The translations under genes and the position numbers were made by a program. This document shows, piece after piece, positions 12,185 to 23,773 of a DNA stretch of 64,000 nucleotides (positions are counted from its first letter, which is position 1; each line of letters begins with the position of its first letter). Below the pieces are notes generated by a model, which was not told the origin of the DNA, did not search any database, and saw nothing but the letters and a program-made list of their open reading frames with translations. The DNA is from Spizellomyces punctatus DAOM BR117 (lineage: Eukaryota). The stretch is from the NCBI GenBank assembly GCA_000182565.2, contig KQ257459.1; one strand, 5' to 3'.

Positions 12185-13371
12185 TAGATGAATATATACT
12201 CTTCGTAGAATCTGAAAACTCAATTAAGGTCTGGAGTTAAAGGCACCTGGACTCATCGCCTGCACAATTGCACATCCACGACATTCTCCTCGCCGCACGA
12301 CCACTATCGCCACCGCAATTATCAAACACAATCATGCTTCGAGAAGATATCGAGCTCAGAACGAAAGCATCACGAAAAATGATTTGCGATGCTTGAACAG
12401 CAAATAATCATACACATCTGATCCTCCGACATCACCTCAGGGACCCTAGAATAGCACTAATCGCGCAATCAGAGCAGAAAGCGGGTTACAATATGGAAAT
12501 CATCACAGAAAACCAATTGCGGCAATTCTCTGAGTCCCCAATGCAATGTTAGCAGTGTAAAGCAGAATTGTCGATCGACAAACGCTCAATTAATTCCCAA
12601 TTATCAGTCTAATCTAGGCTACTAATTGGATATTTTGACAACAGTTTTCATCGCGGATCGCCGTGCGAAGGCAGACAACTTCTTCATTCCACGTTTGTAT
12701 CAGTGATCGACATTATCAGCACTCAAGGGTCACCGATAATTGGCCCGATGAAGGATGGTCTTGTTTCCATGCACTCATACTGTAGTACAATCGAGGATGC
12801 TGTCAGTGGACGATGGATAATCTCTGTTTGATATTATTCGTCCCGTCGCTCGAGAACAGACTTATGAGGAGAGTGTACGTAAAGAATGTGTCCGCTATTA
12901 AACGTATATTGAATGAGGTACGTAAGAACATATCCTTGGTGAGTGTGGACATCTGTGTGTGCTTGTTCTGCAAAGGATAAGGCGGGAAGGATATCAATGC
13001 GCCGGCGAGGTGGTGCGCAGACGCCCTTGTCGGTTCAGAGAACGATGGAGTTTTCAACAGCAGTTCCGTATATTCGACTCACATCCATTGTTTGACATGT
13101 ATCCGTTGAGATTGCATGCACAAGACTAAGTGGATCGAGAAGGAAGATCGCGACGTATTGATGGATCTGAATGTGAAACGTGAAGAATATATGGGTGATG
13201 TTTCGGACATCACGCTCGACCCTCTGTGCTGAAGTCTATAAAAATTGCTTTCAGGACATTCGTACAATCCCACACGGTACGTTCACATGCAAGTGAATAA
13301 GCTAGTCCTTGATTGTCTCTCGCACAATAGAAGCCGTATCTACTTAGGTTCGATTATAGATCAAAGCACAA

Positions 13372-15028
13372 CTAGTCTATGCAAGCTTCACTTCTCAAAT
13401 AATCCTCGACGTCTATCACTACACGTTTCTTTCGCGCTTCTTCAGCAGCAAATACAAGCACATGGGACATCAGGGCTTGTTGAGGGCTGCATCCGAGTAA
13501 TGAAGCGTTTCCTTGCGCCACAGCCTCAATGAACGTTGCCATAAGACCATAATCCCCTCCACCATGCCCAGAACCGCCACCATTAATTCCTTGCGTTTCT
13601 GTCCCTGGATCTATTACCGTCGTTTTACCGGTTGCAAAATCTGTGTAGCGAATGGTTTGTGAATCCCCAATAATCGCGCCACGTGATCCATGAATTCTAG
13701 TTTGTCTTTCACAGACTAGTTCGCTGAATGCGACCATGGTGAAGCTCGCAGTAGCACCACCTTCGAACTCGATGTTTACAACTTGATGATCACACACGTC
13801 GTTATCTGATTCATAAACACATCGTCCGTAAGGACCAATTTTCAATGCTTCATGAACATTCTCCATGTCCACCTCCACTTCCCCACCCCCACAAACAACG
13901 GATGCAGGCCATCCCCTATCGTCGTGCTTGCTCTTATCGAGGTACAGTTTGAGGGCGGAGTAAGGACAATCCTTTTCAAATGCACAATCGACGCATCGAG
14001 TCGCCAAGCCGGCCGCTGCGGGCTTTTTATCGCGGCGGAAATGTGAAAGACTTCCAAAACTATGGACTTGACGTGGGGGATGATTGGTGCCCATATAATG
14101 ACACAGGATGTCAAGATCGCTGAAGACCAGAAGACTTAGTATTTGCTCTGAAGACGACATTCAACCTCTGCCTATTTGAAGACATCACTTACTGACAGGA
14201 CTTCGCCTGTAAGATAGGAAAGAAAAGTATATGGGATGCCTTTGAGTAGTATTCGACATCGCTACAGTCCAGCACCAGAATAAGCTCACCATCAGAGAAA
14301 ACGTTGCTTGTTCTTCGCAGCGCCAGTTTCCACGAACGTAAGAGTGGGCGAAATGCCACCAGCCCACGGGTTCGACGTGGACAATGTTGATCACATCCCC
14401 GCACGCCTTCGCTTCAAGCAGTTGCTTCAGGGAACGGTTGTACGGGCTGTAGCGTAATACATGACAAACCTATGAGAGAACCATACATTGAGATTATATG
14501 TTTGTTGAGCGAGCTCATGTCAGACACGCACATCCGTACCGCAAATATTATGTTGGCCTGAACCACAGCACGAGTCATTGCAGCACACTCTTGGGGACTG
14601 ATGGCCATTGGCTTCTCGCACAAGATATGATATCCCAACTTGGCAAATTCAACTACGCATTCGGCGTGCAACTGGTCCAGCGTACATATGACGACTGCGT
14701 CAGCCAGCTTTGGCACCTTCACCATCTCCTTCCAATCCAGGAAAACATTCTGGGCAGGTATGTCCACGTGTCTCCGCAGAAACGCTTCGCGACGGCGGCT
14801 CACAGGTTCCGCAAGCGCTACGACTTGGCATAACAATGGGTTGTGCAGTGCAAAGCTCGCGTATACCTGGTTGGATGCTGGTTATCACAAAATTCCTCTG
14901 GTACACATCAGGTAAGAAAAAGTCACCTTTCCCCGCTCTCCAGCGCCAATCACGGCAATTTTCACCGGTAACCTATCTGTGACTTGATTTGCTGCTTCTC
15001 CAGTTCCCGCCTGAAGCAAAGGAGTCAT
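13372..15028 (-). CDS. Gfo/Idh/MocA-family NAD(P)-dependent oxidoreductase
   Basis: KIAVIGAGERG Rossmann motif, HILCEKPMA, HSYVRGNW, GPYGRCVYESDNDVCDHQVV, GSGHGGGD; several introns. Confidence 0.9.
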
Positions 15029-15595
15029 TTTGAGGAGGAGCTTGCGAAGTGAGTTGACTTTGTGCGGGGAGGGGGGTTGATCCTTTGACGCCACGCTTAC
15101 ATAATCCACTCCTCCGCTGTTCAAGTGATCTTACTGTCCATACTATTCTTGCGTTTCTGGTCGCCGACCTGAATCCAAAATTGGCTTCCAAGACGAAGCG
15201 AAGGTCCTATTGAAGCGGCTTTGTGGTTAAAGCACACGAATGTGAACAGACAGCGTCATGCGCAATCAAATGGCGCATCCTGATCCGCATGTACGCGGAG
15301 TTAAAATTCCGATTGTATTATTATGAACAAATGCGCATGGGCTAAAAATAGTGATATAAGATGCTTACCAGTGTGGGTAGTGTGTCTCAAATATCACTAA
15401 CGAATCTGACTCTGTTGACAGACCAAGTCGTTGAACCTGCTTCTTCACTGTCTTCTTTGTTGGTTGAAACCTGTTCAAGTTCCAATATACACGTCCACAG
15501 TATATTGTGCTTCCCGGAGCAGCAATTGCCACCGACTGTAATCAAGGTTCATTTCGTTGCACTGCTACTTTAACGACTTTCCCAGTCGCTCTACC

Positions 15596-16533
15596 ATGGC
15601 AAAAGTGTCGGCGGATACAAGCGAAATACAAGAGCTGGTAGGTCCGCCTCTACCGATGGCTGGAGAGCTATATTGCTACATAGCATTAACTGTGAGAATG
15701 TCTAGGTTGTGGTGGGGTCTGGTGGTGTCGGCAAGTCATGTCTGACCGTCCGATTTTTGAAAGACGAATTTACAAATGACTACGATCCCACAATAGGTTG
15801 GTACCTCAGTTCGGACCGTTGCAGCCCTGATAAAGATAATTATTCCTGGCGCTAATGTTTCCGCCGACGACGTAATTTTTCTCTTGTCAGAGGAGAACTA
15901 CCGAAAAAATATCACAGTGGATACATCCCCATGTACTGTGAATATCATTGACACCGCTGGACAGCACGAATATACAGCCCTTCGAGACCAACATCTCAAG
16001 GAAGGGAAGGGCTTTCTACTGGTTTTTGCTGTAAATGATAAGAGTACATTCGAGGAGGTGAGGCAGCTGAGGGAGCAGATTGTCAAATTAAAAGATACCC
16101 GACGGGTTCCACTAGTTGTCTGCGGAAACAAATGTGTAAGTTCTTTTGACTCGGGTGTGGGTTTGTAATATGAACACGCGGAGGAAAGTTGAAAAACTGA
16201 CGAACCTTCATGTGTGGACTCAAAGGATTTGCCCGAAGATCAAATTGAAGTAGATGACAGCTCAGTAGATTCTTTCTGCCAACAGTGGAAAATCCCATAT
16301 TTGAAGACATCAGCAAAGGTAAGGACTATCCTATGGGCCCATCCTCGGATTAAATGGAAAAGAGCTTTACGTTACGGTTTCTTATAAACATTTAGGATAA
16401 CATCAACGTAACCGAATCTTTTCACAGCCTGGTACGGGAATGTCGAAGATATTTTCCTCCTACTGTTAGCGGTCGAGGAAGACCAACAAAAAAGGATGCG
16501 AAGAAAAAGAAATCTATGTGCACGATATTGTAA
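15596..16533 (+). CDS. Ras-family small GTPase
   Basis: GSGGVGKS, effector loop [21 protein letters not shown], polybasic tail and CAAX box CTIL; stop 16531-16533. Confidence 0.92.
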
Positions 16534-17099
16534 GAATTTATGGATGTTAATTTGGGATTGACGTGGGCGTGCCTTGAACGCCAGTGTTCAGAATATGGAT
16601 GCGGGGCGGTAGACTCACTGTACTCTTCTTTGTAAACCGTTGGCGATTTAGTTGTAGTTTTGGCAGCGGAAAAAATCACTACTTCTCTGATTCCTCCATA
16701 TAGCCTACCTAGCTTGATTATTATTCACCGTGTAGCCATTTATCAGGGGCAATTAAAGTATCCATCCGATTCTGCCGCTGCCATTGTAATGACGAGTAAT
16801 TTCCTTTACGCTCCTCCCCTCCCGCTCTCCCGCATCGATCATCTGGGCTTGACAATGTACTTGGAATTGTGGTGGGCAATCATGACATGGATTATATCCA
16901 TATTATGACATGAAATCGTTATGTTATCTGCTTGCTGATACCTCTTTGTTGCAACCGCCATTACGCAACAGCAATATCTCTCAAGGCATTCAGTTAGGGT
17001 ATTTACCAGGTTCGAAACACGAATTTGGTGGAAATCCTACAACTCAGAACCCTTGCAGCAAGAAAGCGTATCTTTTCAAGGCCCAAATTTCGATAGATC

Positions 17100-17211
17100 T
17101 GAGCATAGTGGGTAGCTTCAGGGCGAACCCATTTGCATATGATTAGTGAAATTGGGATAGCTAGTCTAGCAACATTAGAGTGGAAGGATATTCACCGTCG
17201 CCTGCACACTA
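17100..17211 (+). repeat. Diverged partial copy (one terminus) of the TA-flanked repeat family
   Basis: Ends in CCTGCACAC|TA like copy 2; patchy similarity to the reverse complement of 58578-58720. Confidence 0.35.
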
Positions 17212-17628
17212 CAATGGTAGAATTATACTGACTATTTTTCCAATTATTGTACTCCTACACTATCATGCTGATTTGGTAATAGCAGGTCTGGCCGGGATTC
17301 CAGGAATTAGGCATTTAATCAGGTGACTATCTGGTGAGTCATGGCATGGTGAGAAACTGGGTAAGGCATTGCCGTTTTAGCAGGAGACACCTATAGCAAG
17401 AAGACGGGACATACTGGGCCGGGGAGGGTGGCTAGAACGGTACCGCGGGTGTAATATCTTGATCCAGCACTTGTTGAAACGTACCGACAAGAAATAAACT
17501 GTTTGGTACGCCCTAAGGGAACGTAAAAGACCACAATTACCAAGTACAAGCACATCGGGGCGATCTCAAGCAGCAGAGTTTAATAACAAAGCGCTCCTTG
17601 CCTTGCGTTTGGGACGCTGTTAACCACG

Positions 17629-20600
17629 ATGAGGTTCCCTGCCGCGGTAGACTGGTTGCTGCTAGTGCGATCTCCTTTCCGCCGCCGTCGTCGTCGTGGT
17701 AGAAAGTCTTTAAAATTGCGTGACCGTGCTCCGAAGAGATCTTTACTGGGTATAATTGACTGGTTTACGGGATCGGAAGGATATCAGCCCGCCTGTTCGT
17801 CGGACATGACTCGCATTTTACTGCGATGTCTTACGGGCCTGTGTTTGTATGCAACTGCGGTAGCGTGTAGAAATCTGTACGTTCTCCGTACAATGGGCTG
17901 GCCAATTCTGAATGAGGATCGTACCGGAACTACGTCTACGGTAGCTGCGGAGCATTATCCACTGTGTGTTGTGATTGGTAGGGAAGTGGCTACGGTTATG
18001 ATGATGGGGCTTTGCATCAGCATCCTAAGCTGCAGCGGGCTTACACCTCAACGACTATGTTCATCCTTGATCTTGTTTACCGCAACCCGAGATCCGATAG
18101 TTTATCTACTTAGAACTTCTTTTAAGGCGGAAGAGGATATAGGTGAAACTGTGGGCGCTACGTCTGGTAGACTTTTGCTGAACTGTTTCAAAGACGGGCT
18201 CGTTCTGTTGGGAAAGAAGATGGCGACTCTTTACGAACATCCACCAGGGCAATCTGAAATATTCAAGGGAATCTGTCATGCGTTCGAACATATCAAACTG
18301 GACGGCTTAATTTATTCGGGCCTCAGTATTCCAGCTCTCCTGGTGCTGTATGCCGTCTTCAGGTACGCGGAAGTCGAAATATCCGATTACAAGCACACTG
18401 TCCCGGAGAACCCAAAACTCAACGACGACATCAAACATTCTCGACAAATACCACTACTGGCAGCGGTTGCGTCGGCCCATGAGTCCACTGTATGGAGAAG
18501 CGCAGCGCACTACTTCGGGAAGGAGCTCCAAAATTCTATCGCTGCGGCAAAGCGCGCTATCGATCATGCTCACGTGCATCCTGTTATGCATGAGCAGTAT
18601 ATGCATTTCGTCACGTTCATTTCCGGTAGGTGATGCTTGTTTCCAAGATACTGGCATACGGAGGCGAAGCTAACTATTTTTGCCTATTGGAGCCTTGGAT
18701 ACGACTATAGAGAATATGGAGCACATCTCCTGGCAACTTGAACATTACGAAGCTACGGATGGTTTACCCAAGGCAGATGCCGCGGTGGTGAAGCGGCTAG
18801 TTCACCGAATGCTCTTTGATCCAGTTGATCTAAATGAACGAGTTGGAGATGCACTGGCTAGCTTAGCGGACAGCAAAGGACTAGAGTTGATTGTCCACAG
18901 CCCTATCTTGAAAGGAAAAGAGCAGGAAATATTTCTCGTTGTAGGTGATGAAGACTACATCAGACAAATCTTGATGCAGGTATGTAGTTCAGGTGACGTT
19001 CTGAATACATCCGATGATTATATCCTTCATATATTATTGCCCGACCAAGATGCTCGCACCAATTATTGCCGATGCTCCAGAGTATACCCGCGTCGAACTG
19101 AATCTTGTAACATCACCGCCATGGTCCCCAAAAGAAGATCTCGATCAGCCGCGGGCTGGTATGCCTAGAAAATTTCACATGGACGTCAAATGGCGGGTAG
19201 GCGCGAAATTCTCAGTTAGTAAAACTACGAACTTATAACCAAATGATGGTTTCACTTAGATACTGTATCAGGCTGGTGATATGCGCCATCCGCCACCCGT
19301 GGTCTTGAATCATTATATGAGCAAGATCATCAAACAACTCGCAGGTCATTTGAGAGGGCCAAAAGTTGTGTCCGGCCAGTGCGTGTTGGAGCTGGCCTTC
19401 GAAATGGAGACAGTGAGATACCGGAAAGAAATCTCGAAAGTCATGGAGTTGCCGCTTTCCAAACCTGTTACCTTACGCGCTACGGACGAGCTCTTTCGCT
19501 TCGTCAAGAGTTTGCAAAATTACCGGGTGACTGTACTCGCTACTAATCATTCACAATTCACTCATAACATTACGCAATACATTGAAAATTGGGGAATGGA
19601 CCTGACTTGTAAGTCGTTGAGAGGTTTACCTCGTCATTACGCAGCCTAGATTGACCAGTTTGCAGATGTTGCGACAGAAGACATGGATGTAATACCCGAG
19701 ATCATGACCGACCTGGACCGTCGAAGTGATGGGTACCGAAACTCGAAACAGCTTCAAGTACTGAAGAACGCTGTGATAATTGACGACGATTTCGGAATCT
19801 TGGATCTAGTCATTCAGCATCGCATAGACAACCTTATCCTTGGGACTGTCATCATCTACTTCACGTCTCCTACGAACCACGCTCGCATGAATGAGTATGT
19901 GGAGACCACTGCCGAGAACTATGGCGAGCTTATGCCAGATGTATATGTCATTACAAAACCGGCGGGTCCACGAAAGCTTCTGCAGGGATTCAAATGGATT
20001 ATGACCGAGCGACCTGACGACACTGCCTTGGAGGATCATGACGGTCACAGAATCCGCACCAAACGAGTTGACGTAGCCGAAGGTTCTGGAAAGACTAGTC
20101 GACAAAAGGGCAGCACCAGTAATGTGCTGAAAAGCGTGGATGTCTGGGACACAAGAAATAGCACATCACCCAAGCGCAGCAGTCGCGCATCTGCATCGTC
20201 TCCTCCGGGCCATAGTCACGATGGGGCCTCAAGTCTCTCCGGGAGTACGAGTTCGTCAAATAAATCGGTTGCGTCAAATCAAGCTTCCACGAATCTTCCA
20301 GCTCATCCAGCGCAAGCAGCCACCTCAACCACAGTGGCGCCTCAGGCACCGTTGATTTTTACACCAAGAATCAAGGTTCTTATTGCGGAAGGTTTGTGTG
20401 GTCGCGCTGTTATGCGTTTAGGAAACTGTTCGAGCGCTGATGAGCAACTATGCCTTATGTATCAGATAACCCTATCAACCAAACGATTTTGAGTACTTTC
20501 CTTAGGAAGAGAGGTATTAGTGCCACAGTCGCTGCCAATGGCCATGAAGCCTTGATCAAGTACCGGGCAGGAAAATATCATATTGTTTTGGTAAGATTTT

Positions 20601-21280
20601 TTTATTAAGTGGGTGCTTCTGACTCACATGGACTAATGACGGACTTTGTCATGTATGGCAGATGGGTAATGCTTGGTTTGCTTGTAATGCAAGCAGCGAA
20701 GAAGCTGACCGTCTTTGTCCCACCATGTTTATAGATATTGTCATGCCAGTGATGGATGGTATCCAAGCCACACGAGAGATTCGCAAATTGGAAAAATCAA
20801 GAGCGCAATCCGAGCCTGGTCGCTTGTTGCCATCAACACCGGATGCTGTTATAGTTGCCCTCACAGCATCCTCGTTACCAGCCGATCGAGATGCTGCCCT
20901 AGCAGCTGGTTGTAATGATTATTTGATTAAGCCAGTGAGTTTGGGTAAGCGTTTGGATGTCATTCTGTCCACCGCCATGTCAAATCTATCCGCTCATCTG
21001 CGTGTGCTTGTTTTCAGTTTGGTTGGAACGTAAAATTCTCGAATGGGGTGCGATGCAAGCCCTCATTGACTTTGAGAATGTACTCGGACAGGATGATGAG
21101 CCGCCAACGACTACTCAAAAGCCGAGAGGGAAAGACCGCCTACCAGCATTTCCCAAACCTGCCATTGCAGGGAGTGCCCCTGCAGTTCTGTCCGTGGGTT
21201 CCCAAGCCGTTGATCATCCTGAGGCAAGTTACATTTTGGGTGGCCAGCAGGTTCGGTCCCCAGCAGATGAGAGGCAGTGA
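17629..21280 (+). CDS. SSK1: Ssk1/Mcs4-type response regulator with degenerate kinase-like region and N-terminal hydrophobic segments
   Basis: VGDALASLADSKGLEL, GDEDYIRQIL; receiver domain IKVLIAEDNPINQ...IVLMDIVMPVMDG...VIVALTASS...GCNDYLIKP; Ssk1 hallmark WLERKILEWGAMQALIDF. The 5' start is less certain. Confidence 0.88.
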
Positions 21281-22022
21281 GCTGTATGCGTTCAAACATT
21301 CCTTGGAACTGTTCATTGTACCGGCTTGAAGCAGTCATAGCATAGGAGAGGGTTGAATGAAAGTCAGAAAATTCATGTATTTATATTTTGTGGGTCATTT
21401 TTTATTTATGTAGTACTCAAATTGTGTGCCACTATCAGCCAAACCCACCATTGAAACTGCTTAGAGCAATTGCACAAAGCTGGTGGAGTTGAAGGAGGTA
21501 GAGCATGTCAATACATTACTGCTCACTTATGGAGTGATGCCCAACTTGTATGTTTTCAATCAGTACTGTTTGCAAAGGAAGCCTGGTTAAAAGGTCAGTA
21601 ATATTTACCAAATATAAGTGATTACCAGCACATTCTATCTGAGGAAGGTCCTTACTTATAATATAGATAATAAATAAAGTATATATTAGGTATATTAATA
21701 AGGTCAACTTAATGGCACAATAACCAAGTATAGTTACTAAATAAGAATATATATATATTACTAAGTAATTTACCCCTACTTTGGAGAAAGTTAGACAGAT
21801 AACAACTATGTTGTGCATGCTTTAAATAGGTAGCAATGCTTTGTTATCTTCATACTAGCATACAAGTGTAGATTGAGAATCAAGAAAAGTGCTCAGTTCT
21901 ATAGAAGATCTATAGATATCTCTTGCCTTTCAAATCTGATACCTGTGGCCAAGAACTAGTTTCTATGTACCAAGTTCAATAGTAAGAAGCCAGGTATCTA
22001 GGTGAGTAGTTCATGTGAACAA

Positions 22023-22534
22023 TGTTGAGATTCAGGCTTAAACCATGCTGTATGATCTATAAATCATGTGAGATCATGCTGGGATGTCATTAGACAGTTC
22101 ACATCTGATTTGGCTAAAGTTACAACATGGGGAATTGGACTTAGAGTAATCAGAATGATCACAGATGCATGTGGGAATGATTTAAAGGGGTAAATCATCA
22201 TGTAAGTGCTCTTAGAAGGTCTGGAAGGTTTGTCATGATCTAGATCTTCAGGTAACATTTGCCAAGGCATGGCTGAAGCTGCTGAGCATTGCTGAGCATG
22301 GCTGAGCATGTAAACAAGTGGGCTGAAGCATGTAAACAGTAAACAAAGGTGGAGGGAGGCTGGAGAATGTACTGGGTTATATAAAGGGGACTTTTGAACG
22401 TCTCTGGATTAATACAAGCATGTTATCCACAAGTTACTGCACCCAGAAGTCTTACTAGCAGCCACAGGCATTACTAGGCCTTTCAGAAGTGATTTCTACA
22501 TGGGAAATCAGTGTTCCAAGCACTAAGTTCAATA
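22023..22534 (+). mobile_element. Copia LTR, solo copy A
   Basis: TGTTGAGATT...AAGTTCAATA; near-identical to 32141-32674. Confidence 0.92.
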
Positions 22535-22828
22535 ATCTGTAGCTCTTGGTCTTGCTGTGGTACACTCTGCAGTTGCTGCTGAGTGCTCCACATCAAGTTT
22601 TCATCAAAGATGATGTCCCTTGACATGACAACTTGGTTCATTTCAGGTACCCACAGTCTGTAGGCCTTACTCTGAGTGCTGTAGCTGACCATGACTGCCT
22701 TCTTGGCCTTCTCATCAAGTTTTGACTGCTTTTCTTTTAGAATATGAGTGTAGGCCACACAGCCAAACACTCTGAGGTGCTGGAGATCTGGTTTACTGCC
22801 TGTAAACTCTTGAGATGGTGTTAATTGG
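22535..22828 (-). mobile_element. Inverted fragment of Copia integrase C-terminal region
   Basis: Reverse complement matches about 30010-30303 (FGCVAYTHI..KLDEKAKKAVMV.YSTQSKAYRLW). Confidence 0.9.
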
Positions 22829-23115
22829 TGTTGAGATTCAGGCCTAAACCACGCTGTATGATCTATAAATCATGTGAGATCATGCTGGGATGTCATTAGA
22901 CAGTTCACATCTGATTTGGCTAAGTTACAACGTGGGGAATTGGACTTCGAATAATCAGAATGATCACAGATGCGTGTGGGAATGATTTAAAGGGGTAAAT
23001 CATCATGTAAGCACTCTTAGAAGGTCTGGAAGGTTTGTGGTGATCTAGATCTTCAGGTAATGTTTGCCAAGGCATGGCTGAAGCTGCTGAGCACTGCTGA
23101 GCATGGCTGAGCATG
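22829..23115 (+). mobile_element. Copia LTR copy B, truncated by Gypsy LTR (probable 5' LTR)
   Basis: Begins TGTTGAGATT; interrupted at GAGCATG|TGTAACAGG; shares diagnostic variants (GAATAATC, TGGTGATC) with the 3' LTR at 32141. Confidence 0.88.
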
Positions 23116-23757
23116 TGTAACAGGCTAGCAGGGACAAGAAGACAACAGAAAACTAGGGAAGACTTGGTTACTACTTCTTATTTTCCCTTTGAGGGGCCTC
23201 AGAGAGGTTGTAACAGGCTAGCAGGGACAAGAAGACAACAGAAAACTAGGGAAGACTTGGTTACTACTTGTTATTCTCCTTTGAGGGGCCTCAGAGAGGT
23301 CCTCTTTTTATAGACAAAGGGGCTGACAAATGCTATATCCTAACTACCCAATCAGATCTCACCCACATCATCCTAAACTATTTGTCAGCCTATTGCACCA
23401 TTTGCAACCAATCAGAACTCATACATGTCATCCTAAACTATTTGTCAGCCTATTGCACCATTTGCAACCAATCAGATCTTATACATGTCATCCTAAACTA
23501 TTTGTCAGCCTATTGCACCATTTATAGCCAATCACAAGTGAGACAAGTCATCCTAAATACACTGTGCCACTTGATTGAAAGGGGCAGATGCCAGTGTGTC
23601 AGGATACTCATCTAATTTAGCCAGAAATGGCTAAATCTGCTTATTTATCTAATTCTGGTCAAATGAATGCTGACACCATCAGCAAAGTCATGTGACCACT
23701 AGTTTGGAACCACATCTAACAGTATAACCCTAGCACTGACAGAAGAATTCTGTCACA
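23116..23757 (-). repeat. Gypsy 3' LTR (642 bp)
   Basis: Direct repeat of 28634-29214; contains a 93-bp terminal duplication and three 60-bp CCAAT units plus a partial one. Confidence 0.93.
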
Positions 23758-23773
23758 CTCCCCCACTTTAAGA

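Noticed and set aside
13372-15028. Recent bacterial horizontal transfer of the Gfo/Idh/MocA gene
   Set aside because: It has several spliceosomal introns and host-like composition, and the family is widespread in eukaryotes. This cannot be supported without a phylogeny.
23116-23560. Tandem repeats as a CRISPR-like array
   Set aside because: The units are contiguous with no unique spacers and lie inside an LTR of a eukaryotic retrotransposon.
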